From the NCBI RefSeq assembly GCF_030144855.1, contig NC_082708.1:142414001-142478000 (forward strand): a stretch of DNA of 64,000 nucleotides. Reading direction: 5' to 3'. The DNA is from Hypanus sabinus (lineage: Eukaryota). The translations under genes and the position numbers were made by a program. Below the pieces are notes generated by a model. That model searched no databases. It was not told the origin of the DNA and saw only the letters and a program-made list of their open reading frames with translations. Below are positions 14,730 through 27,063 of this stretch, in pieces (position 1 is the first letter of the stretch; every line of letters starts with the position of its first letter).

Positions 14730-16355
14730 AATATGGTGGAAGTTACAGGTGTCAGGGGTTATGAAGTGTGTGAAGTTACCATTAATAAAGAGAAGGTACT
14801 TGGGAAAATGAAAGATCTGAAGGTAGATAAGTCACCTGGACCAGATGGTGTACACACCAGCATTCTGAAAGAGGCGGCTGAAGAGATTGTGGAGGCATCA
14901 GTAATGAGATTTCAAAAATCACTAGATTCTGGAATGGTTCCAGAAGAGAATTGTCACTCCATTCTTCAAGAGGGGAGAGAGGCAGGAAAAGGAAATTATA
15001 GGCCAGTTAGTCTGACCTCAGTGGTTGGAGTCCATTATTAAGGATGAGGGTAATTGGAGGTACATGATAAATAGGCCATCATTGGCATGGTTTCCTCAAG
15101 GGAAAATCTTGCCTGACAAATCTGCTGGAATTCTTTGAAGAAATATCAAGCAGGATAGACAAAGGAGAATCGGTTGATGTTGTGTACTTGGATTTTCAGA
15201 AGGCCTTTGACAAGGTGCCACTCATGAGGTTGCTTAACAAGCATGAGCTCATGGTATTACAGTAAGGATTCTAGTATGGATTAAAGAGGGGGCTGATTGG
15301 CAGGAGGCAAAGAGTTGGAATAAAGGGTGCCCTTTCTGGCTGGGTGCCAGTAACTAGTGGTGTACCACAGGGGTCTGTGTAGGGACTGATTCTTTTTACG
15401 TTATATGTCAATCATTTGGATAATGGAATTGTTGGTTCTGTTACAAAGTTTGCAGTAGAGGAGCAAATAGTTTCGAGGAAATAGAGAGGCTACTGAAGGA
15501 CTTAGATTAGGAGAATGTGCAAAGAACTGGCAGATGGAATACAATGTTGGGAAGTGTATGGTCATGAATTTTGGTAGAAGAAATGAAAGAGTTGTCTATT
15601 TTCTAAATGATCAGAAAATAGAAAGAACTGAGGTGCAAGGGGCCTTGGGAGTCCCTGTGCAGGATTCCCTAAGTGTTAATTTGCAGGCTGAGTCTGTGGT
15701 GAGGAAGGCAAATGCAATGTTAGCATTCATTTCAAGAGGAATAGTATATAAAAACAAGGATGTAATGTTGAGGCTGTATAAATCACTGGTGAGGCCTCAC
15801 TGGGAGTATTGTGAGCAAGTTTGGGCCCTGATCTTTAAAAAAAAATGTGCTGAAACTGGAGAGAGTTCAAAAGAGGTTCACAAAAATTATTACAGGATTA
15901 AATGGCTTGTCATATGAAGTGCGTTTGATGGCTCAGGACCTGCATTCACTAGAATTCGGAAGAATGAGGGCTGACCTCATTGAAACCTATCAATTCGTGA
16001 AAGGCCTTGATAGAGTGGATGTGGAGAGGTTGTTTCCTGTGGGAGTGTCTAAGACCACAGGACACAGCCTCAGAATGGAGAAGTGTCCTTTTAGAACAGA
16101 ATGAGGAGGAACTTCTTTAACCAGAGTGTGGTGAATCTGTGGAATTCTTTGCCAAAGGCAGGTGGGGAGCCCAGGTTTTTATTTATGTTTAAGGCAGTGG
16201 TTGATAGATTCCTGATTGGTTAAGGCATGAAGGGATACAGGGAGAAAGCTGAGAGGGGAGCTGAGAGGAAAATTGGATCAGCCATGATGAAATGGTAGAG
16301 CATATGCGATGGGCCAAATGGCTTGATTCTGCTCCTATACAATGTCTTATGGTCT
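14730..16355 (+). mobile_element. CR1 LINE, 5'-truncated decayed ORF2 (RT) and 3' UTR
   Basis: Motifs [57 protein letters not shown] and LERVQKRFTK. Confidence 0.9.
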
Positions 16356-16709
16356 AACTCACAGTTTTCCTCTCTGGCTGATCACTGGTTGCACGATCAG
16401 AATGTGGACATTCCAGGCTCCGAAGGTCAGTGCACATCTCGCACAATCTCTCATGTATCCAGAGCACATTCTACACAGTCAGGAACGTGCACCAATGCCT
16501 CTACTTTCTGAGAGACAGAAGAGAGCTGGACCATGAACATCTATATTCACATCAGATATTCTACAGATGTGCAATGGGAAGCATCCTAACAAGCTGCATC
16601 ACTGCATGGTATGGAAACTGCACTGTGACTGACAAGAAGGTAGATAAAATTGCCCAGTGCATCACTGGAACAGCCTACCCACCATCAAAGACATATATAA
16701 AGAAAGGTC

Positions 16710-16935
16710 AAACACGAGGAAATCTGCAGATGCTGGAAATTCAAACAACACACACAAAATGCTGGTGGAACACAGCAGGCCAGGCAGCATCTATAGAGAG
16801 AAGCACTGTCGACATTTCGGGCTGAGACCCTTCGTCAGGACGAAGGACAACGTCAGGAAGAAACATCGACAGCGCTTCTCCCTATAGATGCTGCCTGGCC
16901 TGCTGTGTTCCACCAGAATTTTGTGTGTGTTGTTT
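16710..16935. mobile_element. Penelope-derived fold-back element with roughly 75-bp inverted arms
   Basis: 16743-16818 is nearly the reverse complement of 16860-16935. The flanks ataagaaag and ataaggaaag look like an imperfect target duplication. Confidence 0.75.
16808..16841 (-). ncRNA. Minimal type I hammerhead ribozyme motif (Penelope-associated)
   Basis: Minus strand GTC-CTGACGA-A-GGGTCTCAGCCC-GAAA-TGTC-GAC: CUGANGA and GAAA core boxes, stem II GGG/CCC, stem I GUC/GAC and a GUC cleavage triplet. Confidence 0.65.
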
Positions 16936-17568
16936 ATAAGGAAAGATGCTGGAAAAGGGCCAGTAACATCATAAAGAATCCCACTCAACTGCTCACGGAC
17001 TATTTGCCCTAATCCCATCAGGGCGGAGGCTACGTAGCAATACTACTAGGAACACCAGACTCTAAAACAGTTACTTCCCCAAGCTGTAAGGCTGATCCAC
17101 CCACTAACCCATCCTCCAACACCCCTCCATACCCCAAACACCATTTGTTTATCATTTCATGTCAGTCACCTTATGCACAGACACTCCTGTGCCTGGTGTC
17201 GTTATATGGACATACAATCAATTTACGTCTATAAATTATCTTATTTATTTATACATTGTGTTTTTTTTTGTGCTGTAGCAGAGCTGGAGTGGTAATTATT
17301 TCTTTCTCTTTTACATTTGTGTACTGGAAATGACATTAAACAATCTTGAATCTGTGGCAAAGCTTGCAATCCAACATTGAACTCCTTAGTCATCTCAGAA
17401 CTCATGAAACTGGGGTGGAAAGCAAGTCATCCTCAATATTGATTGCCTTTGAAAAGAAAGCTGAATTGTGGTTTACAGTACAAATGTAGATCTTGGTTTC
17501 TGTTTCCATCTTTCCCTCTGTCTGCATTGGGCAACATTTTTATATTGTCTCTTTTTTTTAAATTCTAG

Positions 17569-17628
17569 CAAAATTGTGAACTCCAGTTCAGTTCAGGTGA
17601 AATGTCAGAGGTGGGGATTACAATGGAG
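17569..17628 (+). CDS. C4orf50: C4orf50-like exon B (60 nt, phase 0-0; QNCELQFSSGEMSEVGITME)
   Basis: Strong polypyrimidine acceptor ctctttttttaaattctag, donor GAG|gtaaga, open frame, phase compatible with neighbouring exons. Confidence 0.65.
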
Positions 17629-20600
17629 GTAAGAATAACTGCTCTGTATCTTCTCAGCCTAAAATTTTCTCTGAATTTAGTCACTTGAAAATAAAGTTGA
17701 GTGTGAGATAAGAAAGCTGCTATTTTACCATGAACCTGTTTCACACTTCTATTTCCGATGTGTAGGGCAGTGGCGAAAACATAATGATGCAAATTTAGTT
17801 CTGTATGCACCCTCTCGACAAATTTATAACTGATGAACAGAGTTGAATGGAAGAACAGATGACTCAAACATGAACTCCAAATAAAAGTGAATGTGCTGTT
17901 TAAATGTGAAATTCAACACCTTAACTGTCATGGATCTGAGTAACATGTGAATGGTTCTATTTAAAGCAATTCTGTCTAGTACCCTGAGTAATATATATAC
18001 TCCCGCCAATATCACATAGGAAACCCAGATGAGACAATAGAATTTTGAGTAGTTTGGAATCTGTGCCTTTTCTGGCAATAAGTGTAAAAAGGAATAGCTA
18101 TCCTTTAACTAAAACCAATTATTTATCACTTTGCCATTTTTTAAATCTTGCTCTACTCAAGAAGGCTTTCTATCCTGAAGAAGGGTCTAGGCCAAAATCT
18201 TCGACAGTTTATTCATTTCCTTGAATGCTGCCTGACTTGCTGAGCTCCTCCAGTATCTTGCATGTGTTGCCTTGGATTTCTAGCATCTGCAGACTTTCTT
18301 GTGTTGAGCATTTTCTACAATGCCACAATAATGACACTTCAAAGACATTAAATGATTTGAGATGTCATGAGTGGCTAAAAATGTTTCTTTCCTTCCATGA
18401 GAGATGTTGTTAATATTTAATTCCCTATGGGTTGCTGTGGAGTCCCAGTATATCACAACTTCCAGCAAGTTCAGGGATGAAGGAGAGGCTGACCCATCTG
18501 TCCACCATGTAGTGAAGCAGAAATTATAATGGCTAGATATTTGGATGCTTATGACATCTGTCTAAATGGATTTGAGGATTCTCAAATGCTATCATAAATC
18601 TGAAACTTCTAACGTTACTGTCAGAACAATTGGTGCCTGAAAAAATGCTTGAGACTGCAAAGATTCTACGACTAATACCGATGTCAGCCCTACAGAGCAG
18701 ATCCAGAAACTAATGTTGCTATACCCTGAGGCCCAATTTAATTAGAAAGGCTTCTACAGTTGCCTAGATGATTACGGGTGTGCCTTTTCTACATTATTGA
18801 AAACAAACAGATGCTGAAATTCCTTTGCGAATGAATAGAACATTTTGTGGCCTATTGAAAACTCACTTCTGCATTCCCAGACAAAAATTTGTTTCAGTAG
18901 TTATACATTCCTTCTTTTCATGATCAGTTAGCTTGAGAGTGTCTGCAGCTCTTGCTGAGTTGGCCTCTTATCTGTAGTTAATTAGATCTTTAGTTAGAAC
19001 ATGTTGTGTAAAGTGGGTACAACAGCCTTCAAATCCTGTTGTTGCATTTGGATTGGATTAAAAATGCTTGCTATTTACAATTATAAGACACAGTTAAGAT
19101 CATTAAACACCCCACTGCCTATCACAGGGTCATTATCAAATAAAGCTTCTTGTTCAGGTATTGAAGGACAGATTCAAGTATATGACTAAATGCTTTGGTC
19201 TTGTAGGGGTTGGTTTTAAGGAAAATCTTAAGAAAGGGAAGAGAGGGGGAGAGATTTAGGGAGAATAGGATTTTGGTTGCCTGATGCATAACTGCTAATA
19301 GTAGAAAGATTCAAATTGAATATGTACAAGAGACCAGAGTTTTTGGAATACTGTATCTTGGAGGATCCTAGGGCTGGAGAAGAACAGGGAGGATAAGGCT
19401 ATGGATGCATTTGTAATCAAGGATAATAATTTTAAAAACACCTGCACTTAACCAAGAGCATTGTGGGCCAGTGAGTATAGAAGAGATGGGGAATAGAACT
19501 TGGTGTAAGTTAAGATATAAGCAAATAGAGTTGGAATAGATCTGTGTAAAAGTTATCAATAACAGTAAAATAGGGTGAATGAGATAAAACCCTTAGAAAG
19601 AGGCTTTCATGTGTAGCTATGCATAAAAGAATTTTAGACTGCTGGCATCATTGATGCCACTTTATATAGTTTCTATAAAAATCGATGAAGGAATTATTTG
19701 GAAATTGAAGAAGTCGGTTCCTTCTTTGTGCTGCAGCAACTCAGTTATTGTTCAGTTGACAGCTTGTTTCTATTTACTTGTTGAGTATAGAAGATATCTT
19801 CCAACGTTGTTAAAACTGCTATTGCCATCTCCTTCCCAGGTAAAAACAGAATGTATTGCTGCATTTGGCATACTCTGGTCTCAGTATGACTTTCCAAGCT
19901 GGATTGAATCAGATGATCTCATAACTTGCTTAAGAGTTTGCAGGAGTAGCATTAGATTTAAGTTCTATTCCAACAGTCCATGAGTCAGCATGGTTAGCAA
20001 TGATAGAAAAATTGGAAGGTGCATGCCATTGACATCGGCTGTGGCACCTGGTTGCTGTCTGTTTATCACACGTGCTTTTTTCATGACCATTATAAAAAGT
20101 AATGGTACTGCTGATAATTGAGTGGCATCCCCCATACATTAATGAATGAATATACACTGTCAAAACTACTATGTTATGGTATTGCAGTGAACTGGCAGAT
20201 TTTCAGATTTTATGTTGCTTATGTTAGCTGAAATCTTCTAAGAATTTTAGTTTTAAAATAATTTTGTGTACCTTTTTACTGGTTAATCTCCATTTCAATA
20301 TTCCAAAAAACAGATGCTGATCTGCTGAATTGATCCAGAATTTTGTGTTGTGTTATAAATTGCTTTAGGTTTTTCTATCTTCTTGGCATCCTCTCCTATT
20401 GATGCTGGTCTACTGATAATTGCAGTTAATCTTTGGACAAATTTCTCAGTTCGATCTGAACAATCAGTCACAAGCAGCACCTTCAACAGTACTCTACTTC
20501 TTTAATGAAAGCCATTCCCAGTTGAGCCTAAGAGCGTTTTCCTTTGCAAAGTGTTGGATGCAGCTTCCATATTAAGCAATACTTTATTTGAGTTCATTTG

Positions 20601-22039
20601 GTTTTAGTGTGGCCCTTCACTTGATCTGACTGTGAAGCTCTCCGGTTCTACAACATTAGGAAAAAATGGAATGCATTATGCCACTGATGAGCTTGCAATC
20701 TCGGTGCATACCAGATCTAGACCAGCAGCTGTCATTAAATATAAAATGCAAGGAAGAAATTCAGACTGTCATAATTAAGAGGAACCTCAATATCTCTATC
20801 CCATCATAGTAATGAAAGGAAAGAGGTACAGTTATATAGAACCTATCAGTCTATTTAATCAAGTGCTTTAGAAATATAATCACCATTGTAAAGTAGGAAA
20901 TGTGGCAGCCTGACTCCACAAATGATAATCTCATAATGAGCAATAATCTTCTTAAATAATGTTTGCTGTGGGATAAATATTGGCCACAGAATTGTTTTCA
21001 AGGCTGCAGAGAATCCAGACAGCCTGAAGTTAATAACCTCAACCTGATTATCCTGATGATATTGACTGAGAGATAAGTAATAATTAGGCCACCAAGGAAA
21101 ACGCCGGTCTTTCATTGATTAATGATTGGATCACTGACAACGAAAAATTTCTGTCTGTGGATGTTTTTTTTGGAATCATTGCTATGCTGGGTGCTGGGAA
21201 GCTGAAGTGAACCACTGCCCATTCTGCAGCTGTGCCTGGGACATGGGCCTTGGGGTTCTGATGAGCCACTGTTCTCCATTGCATTCCCACAGCAATGAAT
21301 TGCCCATGGCTCTGTGTGAAGAGGTTTTATGATGGCTAATTTTTGGGGAGCTGGGCCAAGCAGTGTGGAGATTTGTGGGATGAATGGGAGAGGCATCCTT
21401 GTCAGTGTAGACTTCTGCGGGGGACTGGCAGTGACTGTTCCATGCGCCAACCTATTAGAAGCTGCTCATAGAGCATGGAAACATATACTTTTCCTCACCA
21501 AGTCCATGCCAGCTATCACCAACCCTCTTCCCATTTACATTAATTCTTTATCAATCTGCTTCTTATTCTTCGCACATTCCCATCAACTGCCAGATTTTCC
21601 CGCTCTCCCACACACTGGCGGCAACTTACAGTGGCCGTTAACTGATCAATATACACATCTTTGGGATGGGGAGGAAACCCATGCAGCCACAGGTAATACC
21701 AAGATCAGCACTGAACTCGAGTCACTGGCATGGTGAAGCATCAACTCCACTTTCTGTGCCACTGCTGTTGCAGTCACCTCCTCCTCTTTTTTTGGCATAG
21801 CATCTCTCCCAGTACAGAGGTGCTTCTCTAGCAACAAGATCGGTGTTGGTTGCTGGTCCTTGAGCTTGCTGCAGTAGAGCAGAACATCAGCTTCGATCAC
21901 ATCCGAAACAGTGGATCCTGTGTGGCCTGTCAACGTCCAGCACAGGTGCTGGGCACATTGTCCTCCCTGACCTTCCTGACATTAGCCCTCACCAGCAACC
22001 TCTCTACACTGAACTGTGGAGTTGGAATGACATGGGAGG

Positions 22040-22640
22040 GCAGGAATTCGTTATAAGGAGAGATTGGACAAACATGGATTCCTATCTATAGGGCATCAAA
22101 GTGTGAGGGGATACCTGATGGAATTCTATAGAAGTATGAAAGGCATAGATAGGGTAGATGATCAGAGTCTTTCTCTGTGGTGAACTACATATACCTGTCT
22201 GGACATGCCCCCTGCTGATTACTCCTGTGGCTCCTCCCACAGATCCCTGTATAAAGGCAATTGAGGCCTGAGCCCGGCCTCTCAGTCTCCAGGATGTAGT
22301 ATAATGGTCACTCACTGCTTGTTCCTTCTTCCAGTCAATAAAAGCTGATATCTCACCTTTACGTCTCAGAGTGAGTTATTGATGGTGCTTCATTCTCCTA
22401 GGGTGGAATTGCCAAGTACTTGAGGGCAAAGCTTTAAGGTGAGAGGGGCAAAGTTTAAAGGAGATATACAAGGCAAGTTTTTTTAAACAATGAGTGTTAG
22501 TGCATGGAATGCGCTGTCAGGGGAAGTGTTAGAAGCAACATTTAAGAGGCATTTAGACAGGCACAGGATTAGAGGGAGATGCGTTATGTGCAGTTTAAAT
22601 TGGCATGCTGGGATGAAAGGCCTGTGCTGTACTGTTACAT
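22040..22640 (+). mobile_element. CR1 LINE 3' fragment split by a solo LTR
   Basis: The gataccTgatggaattctatagaagtatgaaaggcatagatagggtagat...ctagggtgg...tttaaggtgagagggg pattern is continuous across the insertion. Confidence 0.7.
22176..22392 (+). mobile_element. Solo LTR (217 bp) with 5-bp TSD
   Basis: TG...CA termini, TATAAA at about 22249, AATAAA at about 22337, and TTCTC duplicated at 22171-22175 and 22393-22397. Confidence 0.8.
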
Positions 22641-22847
22641 GTTCCCAGAGCAGCATTAGAGACGGTGAGAGTTGTGCAGGTTCCTGAACCTCCCATCCTT
22701 GTACAGCAGCCTGCAATGGTGGGTAGGGTGAGAGTTTTGTGCCCACTTCCTGACACAGCAGCAGTGAGCAGGGCATAGGATATTGTGAAGATCTTGGCAT
22801 GTCAGTATTTCATTCCACGTTTTCTAACCTTACTATAAACACCTTTC

Positions 22848-23570
22848 ATAGAACATAGAAATTTACAGCACATTACAGGCCCTTCGGCCCACAATGTTGT
22901 GCCGACCATGTAATCTACTCTAGAGACTGCCTAGAATTTCCCTAGTGAATAGCCCTCTTCTTTTCTAAGCTCTTTTTATCTACGAAGCTCTTAAAAGACC
23001 CTATTATATCCAGTTCCAACACCGCCGCTGGCAGTGCATTCCACTAACCCACCACTTTCTGGGCAAAAATAACTTGACATCCCTGACATCCCCTCTGTAC
23101 CTTTTCCCAAGCACCTTAAAACTATACCCCCTCTTGTTAGCCATTTCCGCCCTGGGGAAAAGCCTTTGGCTTTCAGTGCTGATATATATTTGCAATCTAG
23201 TTTACAGGAATGCATCCTAAACTGTAAGTGCAGCGTAACTATACCTTATAAACTAGCAAATAAATGTGGAGCAATTTTGGTCCATGTTAGTTGAGCTGAA
23301 TAGAAATCTACAGCCCTGGGAAAAAGCCTCTGGCTATCTACACAATCAAAGCCTCTCATCATCTTAGACACCTCAATCAGGTCACCTCTCATCCTCTGTC
23401 GGTCCAAGGAGGAAAGGCCAAGTTCGCTCAACCTCTTCTCAAAAGACACACTTTTCAATCCAGGCAACATCCTTGCACTCCTCTGCATTCTTTCTATTGT
23501 AACCACACCTTTCCTGTAGTGAGGTGACCAGAACTGAACTAGTACTCAAAGTGGGATCTGACCAAGGGCT
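22848..23570 (-). mobile_element. Two CR1 3' fragments (about 22848-23170 and 23310-23570)
   Basis: Minus-strand RMRGDLIEVSKMMRGFDCVDSQRLFPRA and a catagaa-type tail. Confidence 0.75.
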
Positions 23571-25189
23571 TGCATATCAAATTATCAACCCTTTTTAGCC
23601 CCGGTTTCAATTTTATTTTCTAGCCATTTAAAAGTAACCAATGTTGAATTTACAGTTTAAATATTAAGAAGTAGTTATTGACATGAAATCTATTTTGTGT
23701 TGTACTACTCATCTAAAATACTGCTCCACTGAAGTCAATTGAATTTGAATTTCAGTCCAAGGCACAACCACTGCTGCACTGGTGTTTTGAAAAAGCAACT
23801 GAGAGGAATTTCCATGTGACCCTAACTCACACCAGTAATAATCCACAGCAATGGAGAAAGAGGTCTGATTATATGTTTTATCAGTGTTGCTTGGGAAATA
23901 AACATTAGCCAGAACTGTGATTGTCAAGATAAGCAGGTAAACCAGATGACCTTGAGATCTCCGTTGATTGCACTATGCCCGTGCTTATATATTTGAAATC
24001 AACTTGAAATGATGCACAGCGGATTTGGAAAATATAAAAACACTTATCATTGGCTTCTATCAAGATTTTGATGGTAGATTATTTCACTGTAAAATACAGA
24101 TGACTCTGGATGTTGTGCTCACAATTCAGATAAGATTTAACAAAACATTCCTTTATTGATACCCTGCTTGTTCAGGTTGTATCAGAAGCATGCAAAAACC
24201 ATAACTGAGTGATGACTTATTAACGTCAATAATTTATGCATGATAAAAAGAGAAAGTGAAAGAACAAGGCTGGAAAAGTGAGAGTAGACTCAGATGAGCT
24301 ATGTTCAGGAGTGGAGTCACAGAATCTGAAACAATTAAACAGAGAAGAATCAATATCTGAGCGGAAAAAAGTTACAATTTTGAAATGTTATTTCAATAAT
24401 AAATAAAGCATTACCTTAATGAGAATATGTTGAACTCCGTGGACCCTTGAGACCCTGAGTGGATGTAGCTGACTCTGAAGGACTTGTTAGCTGTTGCAAG
24501 ATATCCTGAAGTAGCTAGGGATAATGGCCCAAGCCATGGTTATTAAGCAAGAATGAGCAAGAATTTTTAGATGAAGTTAAATTTGGTTTGTCTTCTATAA
24601 TGCAGGTCATCAAATGCCACAAAGTATTAGCATGGAATAATCCAGCAACGGTGAATATTCTGTAATCCTACTACTATTTGTAAACAACAGGAAACATTTG
24701 TTTGCTCGAGCTATCCAGAAGAACCAGAATTGGAATCAAGTTCATCATAGCTGTTGCATATGATATAAAATGTGTTGATTTGCAGCACCCGTCATGTTAC
24801 CTGGTGAAAACTATGTACCTGCAATGGCAGACTTGCTAAGTAGGTCAAACAGTAGTCTGGAACTTGCACTAGATCATCTCATCATCACCTTATCCTCTTT
24901 TAGCAAAAGTGTCCATACCCAACACATTAACACATTCACATAACTTCTTAAAGCACAGCCCTCTTAAAAGATTGAAGCTCCTGCAAAATCGCTTCACCAA
25001 GTAGCGAAATACTTCAATCGATTCCCGCTTCTGCTGAAGGGTAGGATTAATTCAAACACCCTTCCAATACAGATTTAACAAACACATGACAGACTTAGCA
25101 CTTGTCTCTCTCTCTCTCCACATTTTTTTGAACTTAAATGATTCACATCTTATTACAGGGGATGGTGCAGGGTGAATGGCAACTCCCCT

Positions 25190-26413
25190 CCTTAGGAGAG
25201 TGGGCCAGGAAGCACAACCCACCATCTGCTGCTGAAGTTCCCTCCAAACCTCTTGCAGAGCATCCACTGAGAGATAAAGGGAACCCTGAGAGCAGAATGC
25301 AAGGGATCCGTTGGACAGAAGGAGCCTTTATCGGGGGAGGGCTTGGAGAACGACCCTTCTCTCTTAATGGTTTCCTTGCCTCGCTTCATCCGGCAGTACT
25401 CCCTCCACAGGGCATAGAGGGTGGGGGTGGAAACCCCAGTTACCTGCTCCCGCAGGACCCCGGCTCTGAGAAACACCAAAAACTTCTCCTTACAGGTTAT
25501 GCAGGGCCTTCCACTCCCATGCTGTCTGTCTAATTCGAGCACCCAATCACAGGGACCTTCCCCCACCTATACTATTCCCTTTAATTTTCTAATGTCTACA
25601 GTAACCCCTGTATCTAGTCTCATTAAGGGCTGCACCACTCCCTTTAAACTGAGAGCTGTTGCTTTAGGTAAATACTCCGCCATGGTCAAGGTGAGTCTAT
25701 GGCCCTTCAGTGGGTCACTGTCACCACCGTATACACCTGTGACCAGGGCCCTCTGGTGGAGGGCTTTGGACCATACCTCCACAGTGCCATTCCTCCCAGG
25801 GCTGCAAATCTCACTCAGAGAGTGAGAGATATCTTAACCACCACTGTCACTCTGTCCCGTATTGATTCATCAAGCCCATGGAAAGCAGGTGGCACGCTCA
25901 GGCCATTGTTAATCACGTGGTGGGATGACAAGTCCGCCCACCCCACCCAGGACACCCATCTCCCTGTTGGATGATCTTACTGCAGAGCTCCTCTCATCCC
26001 AGATCCTCAGCAACCACATGGACAGCAGCTCCCCTGGCTTCTGTCAATACTTGCCTCCCACCTCCACCCGTTCCTTAGCAGGGAGCTCGCTGGTGGTAGT
26101 CTTCTCAGCGAGACACAGTGTGTTATCCTCCCCAGGCCCCTCTCCCTCACACTGTTCCTCTCCCCCAGCCAGTTGCTCTTTCTTACACTGTTCCATAGAG
26201 GCTGGAGGGGCAGTGGCCCCCTTGCTGGGATTGGGATCGTGTAGCCAACTGTCTTTCCTGTACAGGTGCTGCTTCTGCACGCTTGCTATCTCTTCCTCTT
26301 TCTGTGAGATTGTCTTATACTGCTGCTTTTCGATGGCTGCTAGCACCCCTCCAGCTCCCCTTTGTCTTAGGGAACCCAATCTCATTAAAGACAGACACAA
26401 TGTGATGTTCCAT
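25190..26413 (-). pseudogene. gag: Decayed gag of a class III (ERV-S/ERV-L-like) endogenous retrovirus
   Basis: Minus-strand ELPAKERVEVGGKY*QKPGELLSMWLLRIWDERSSAVRSSNREMGVL, where the stop is a probable CGA>TGA change, and FLRAGVLREQVTGVSTPTLYALWREY. Both resemble recalled ERV-S/ERV-L Gag motifs (RQxPGExxxxWxLRxWD; LIRAGVDREKID...LLxLW). Confidence 0.7.
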
Positions 26414-26591
26414 TTTCACCCAGTGTGAGTTCAGCTTGTCTGAACAGTCTGTGGGTGTGGGTGTCCTGTAGCCTGCCAGTAGGTTGTGGGACTCCCAAAT
26501 CCTGCACTTCTCACACGGGGGGGGGGGGGGGGGGAGGTTGACTCTCTTATTTTTTCCTTCTTAAGATATTCATCCTCTGATCAATCACTGA

Positions 26592-26609
26592 ACCCTGCTT
26601 GCAGTGCCA
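26592..26609 (-). promoter_or_regulatory. Retroviral primer-binding site complementary to tRNA-Ser
   Basis: Plus strand 26590-26609 GAACCCTGCTTGCAGTGCCA matches the recalled vertebrate tRNA-Ser(TGA) 3' end GAACCCTGCTCGCTGCGCCA at 17/20; two mismatches are CpG-type. It lies 1 bp from a minus-strand CA LTR end and upstream of gag. Confidence 0.7.
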
Positions 26610-26610
26610 G

Positions 26611-27063
26611 TGAGTGGGGATAGAAGGCACCCACTACCAGTAAAAATAGGTTAACTATTTACCTACAAGACAAGACAGACACTAGACATTCAGTAAACTC
26701 TTCAAGTTACACTTGGTTACAAATACTCCTCTAAACTGAGCACCTGAAGTGACAGGACAAAGCAGACACTAAACATACACAGTGTAGGAAGTACTTATCT
26801 AAAGTGTGTGTCTGGGCCTTCTTTACTGCAGCACACCTCTGCTATTTAATGTTTCCACGGTGCCAGCTGCCCATGGTGCCCCTGAGGGTGGAAAGGGAGC
26901 CATGGTTTCCGCACGCTAGATTTAAACTCTCCCAGTGCCGTGACATCATCAGTTAAATAGCAGGTAGAGGGAGGGTCTGCAATGCTCCTTAAACAGGCCA
27001 ATACCTAGCTCGTGCAGTGGATTGGCTTTTGATGAATGAGTAAGATGGACACCTACTGCGACA
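26611..27063 (-). mobile_element. Probable 5' LTR of the ERV (outer boundary approximate)
   Basis: Abuts the PBS with a terminal CA. On the minus strand, CCAAT (about 27021-27025), TATA-like TTTAAA (about 26921) and ATTAAA (about 26845) occur in U3-R order. Confidence 0.5.

Larger units (their letters stand above)
16380..17352 (+). mobile_element. Rex1/Babar-like 3' fragment interrupted by a Penelope-derived insertion
   Basis: HQCLYFLR...FYRCAMGSILTSCITAWYGNCT motif, and ATTAAA with a short tail near 17335. Confidence 0.7.

Noticed and set aside
24260-24410. Coding-looking stretch VDSDELCSGVESQNLKQLNREESISERKK
   Set aside because: In-frame stops on both sides and no convincing acceptor/donor pair.
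24700-25190. 3' LTR or pol of the ERV
   Set aside because: I could not find a second copy of the 26611-27063 sequence or any protease, RT or integrase motif.
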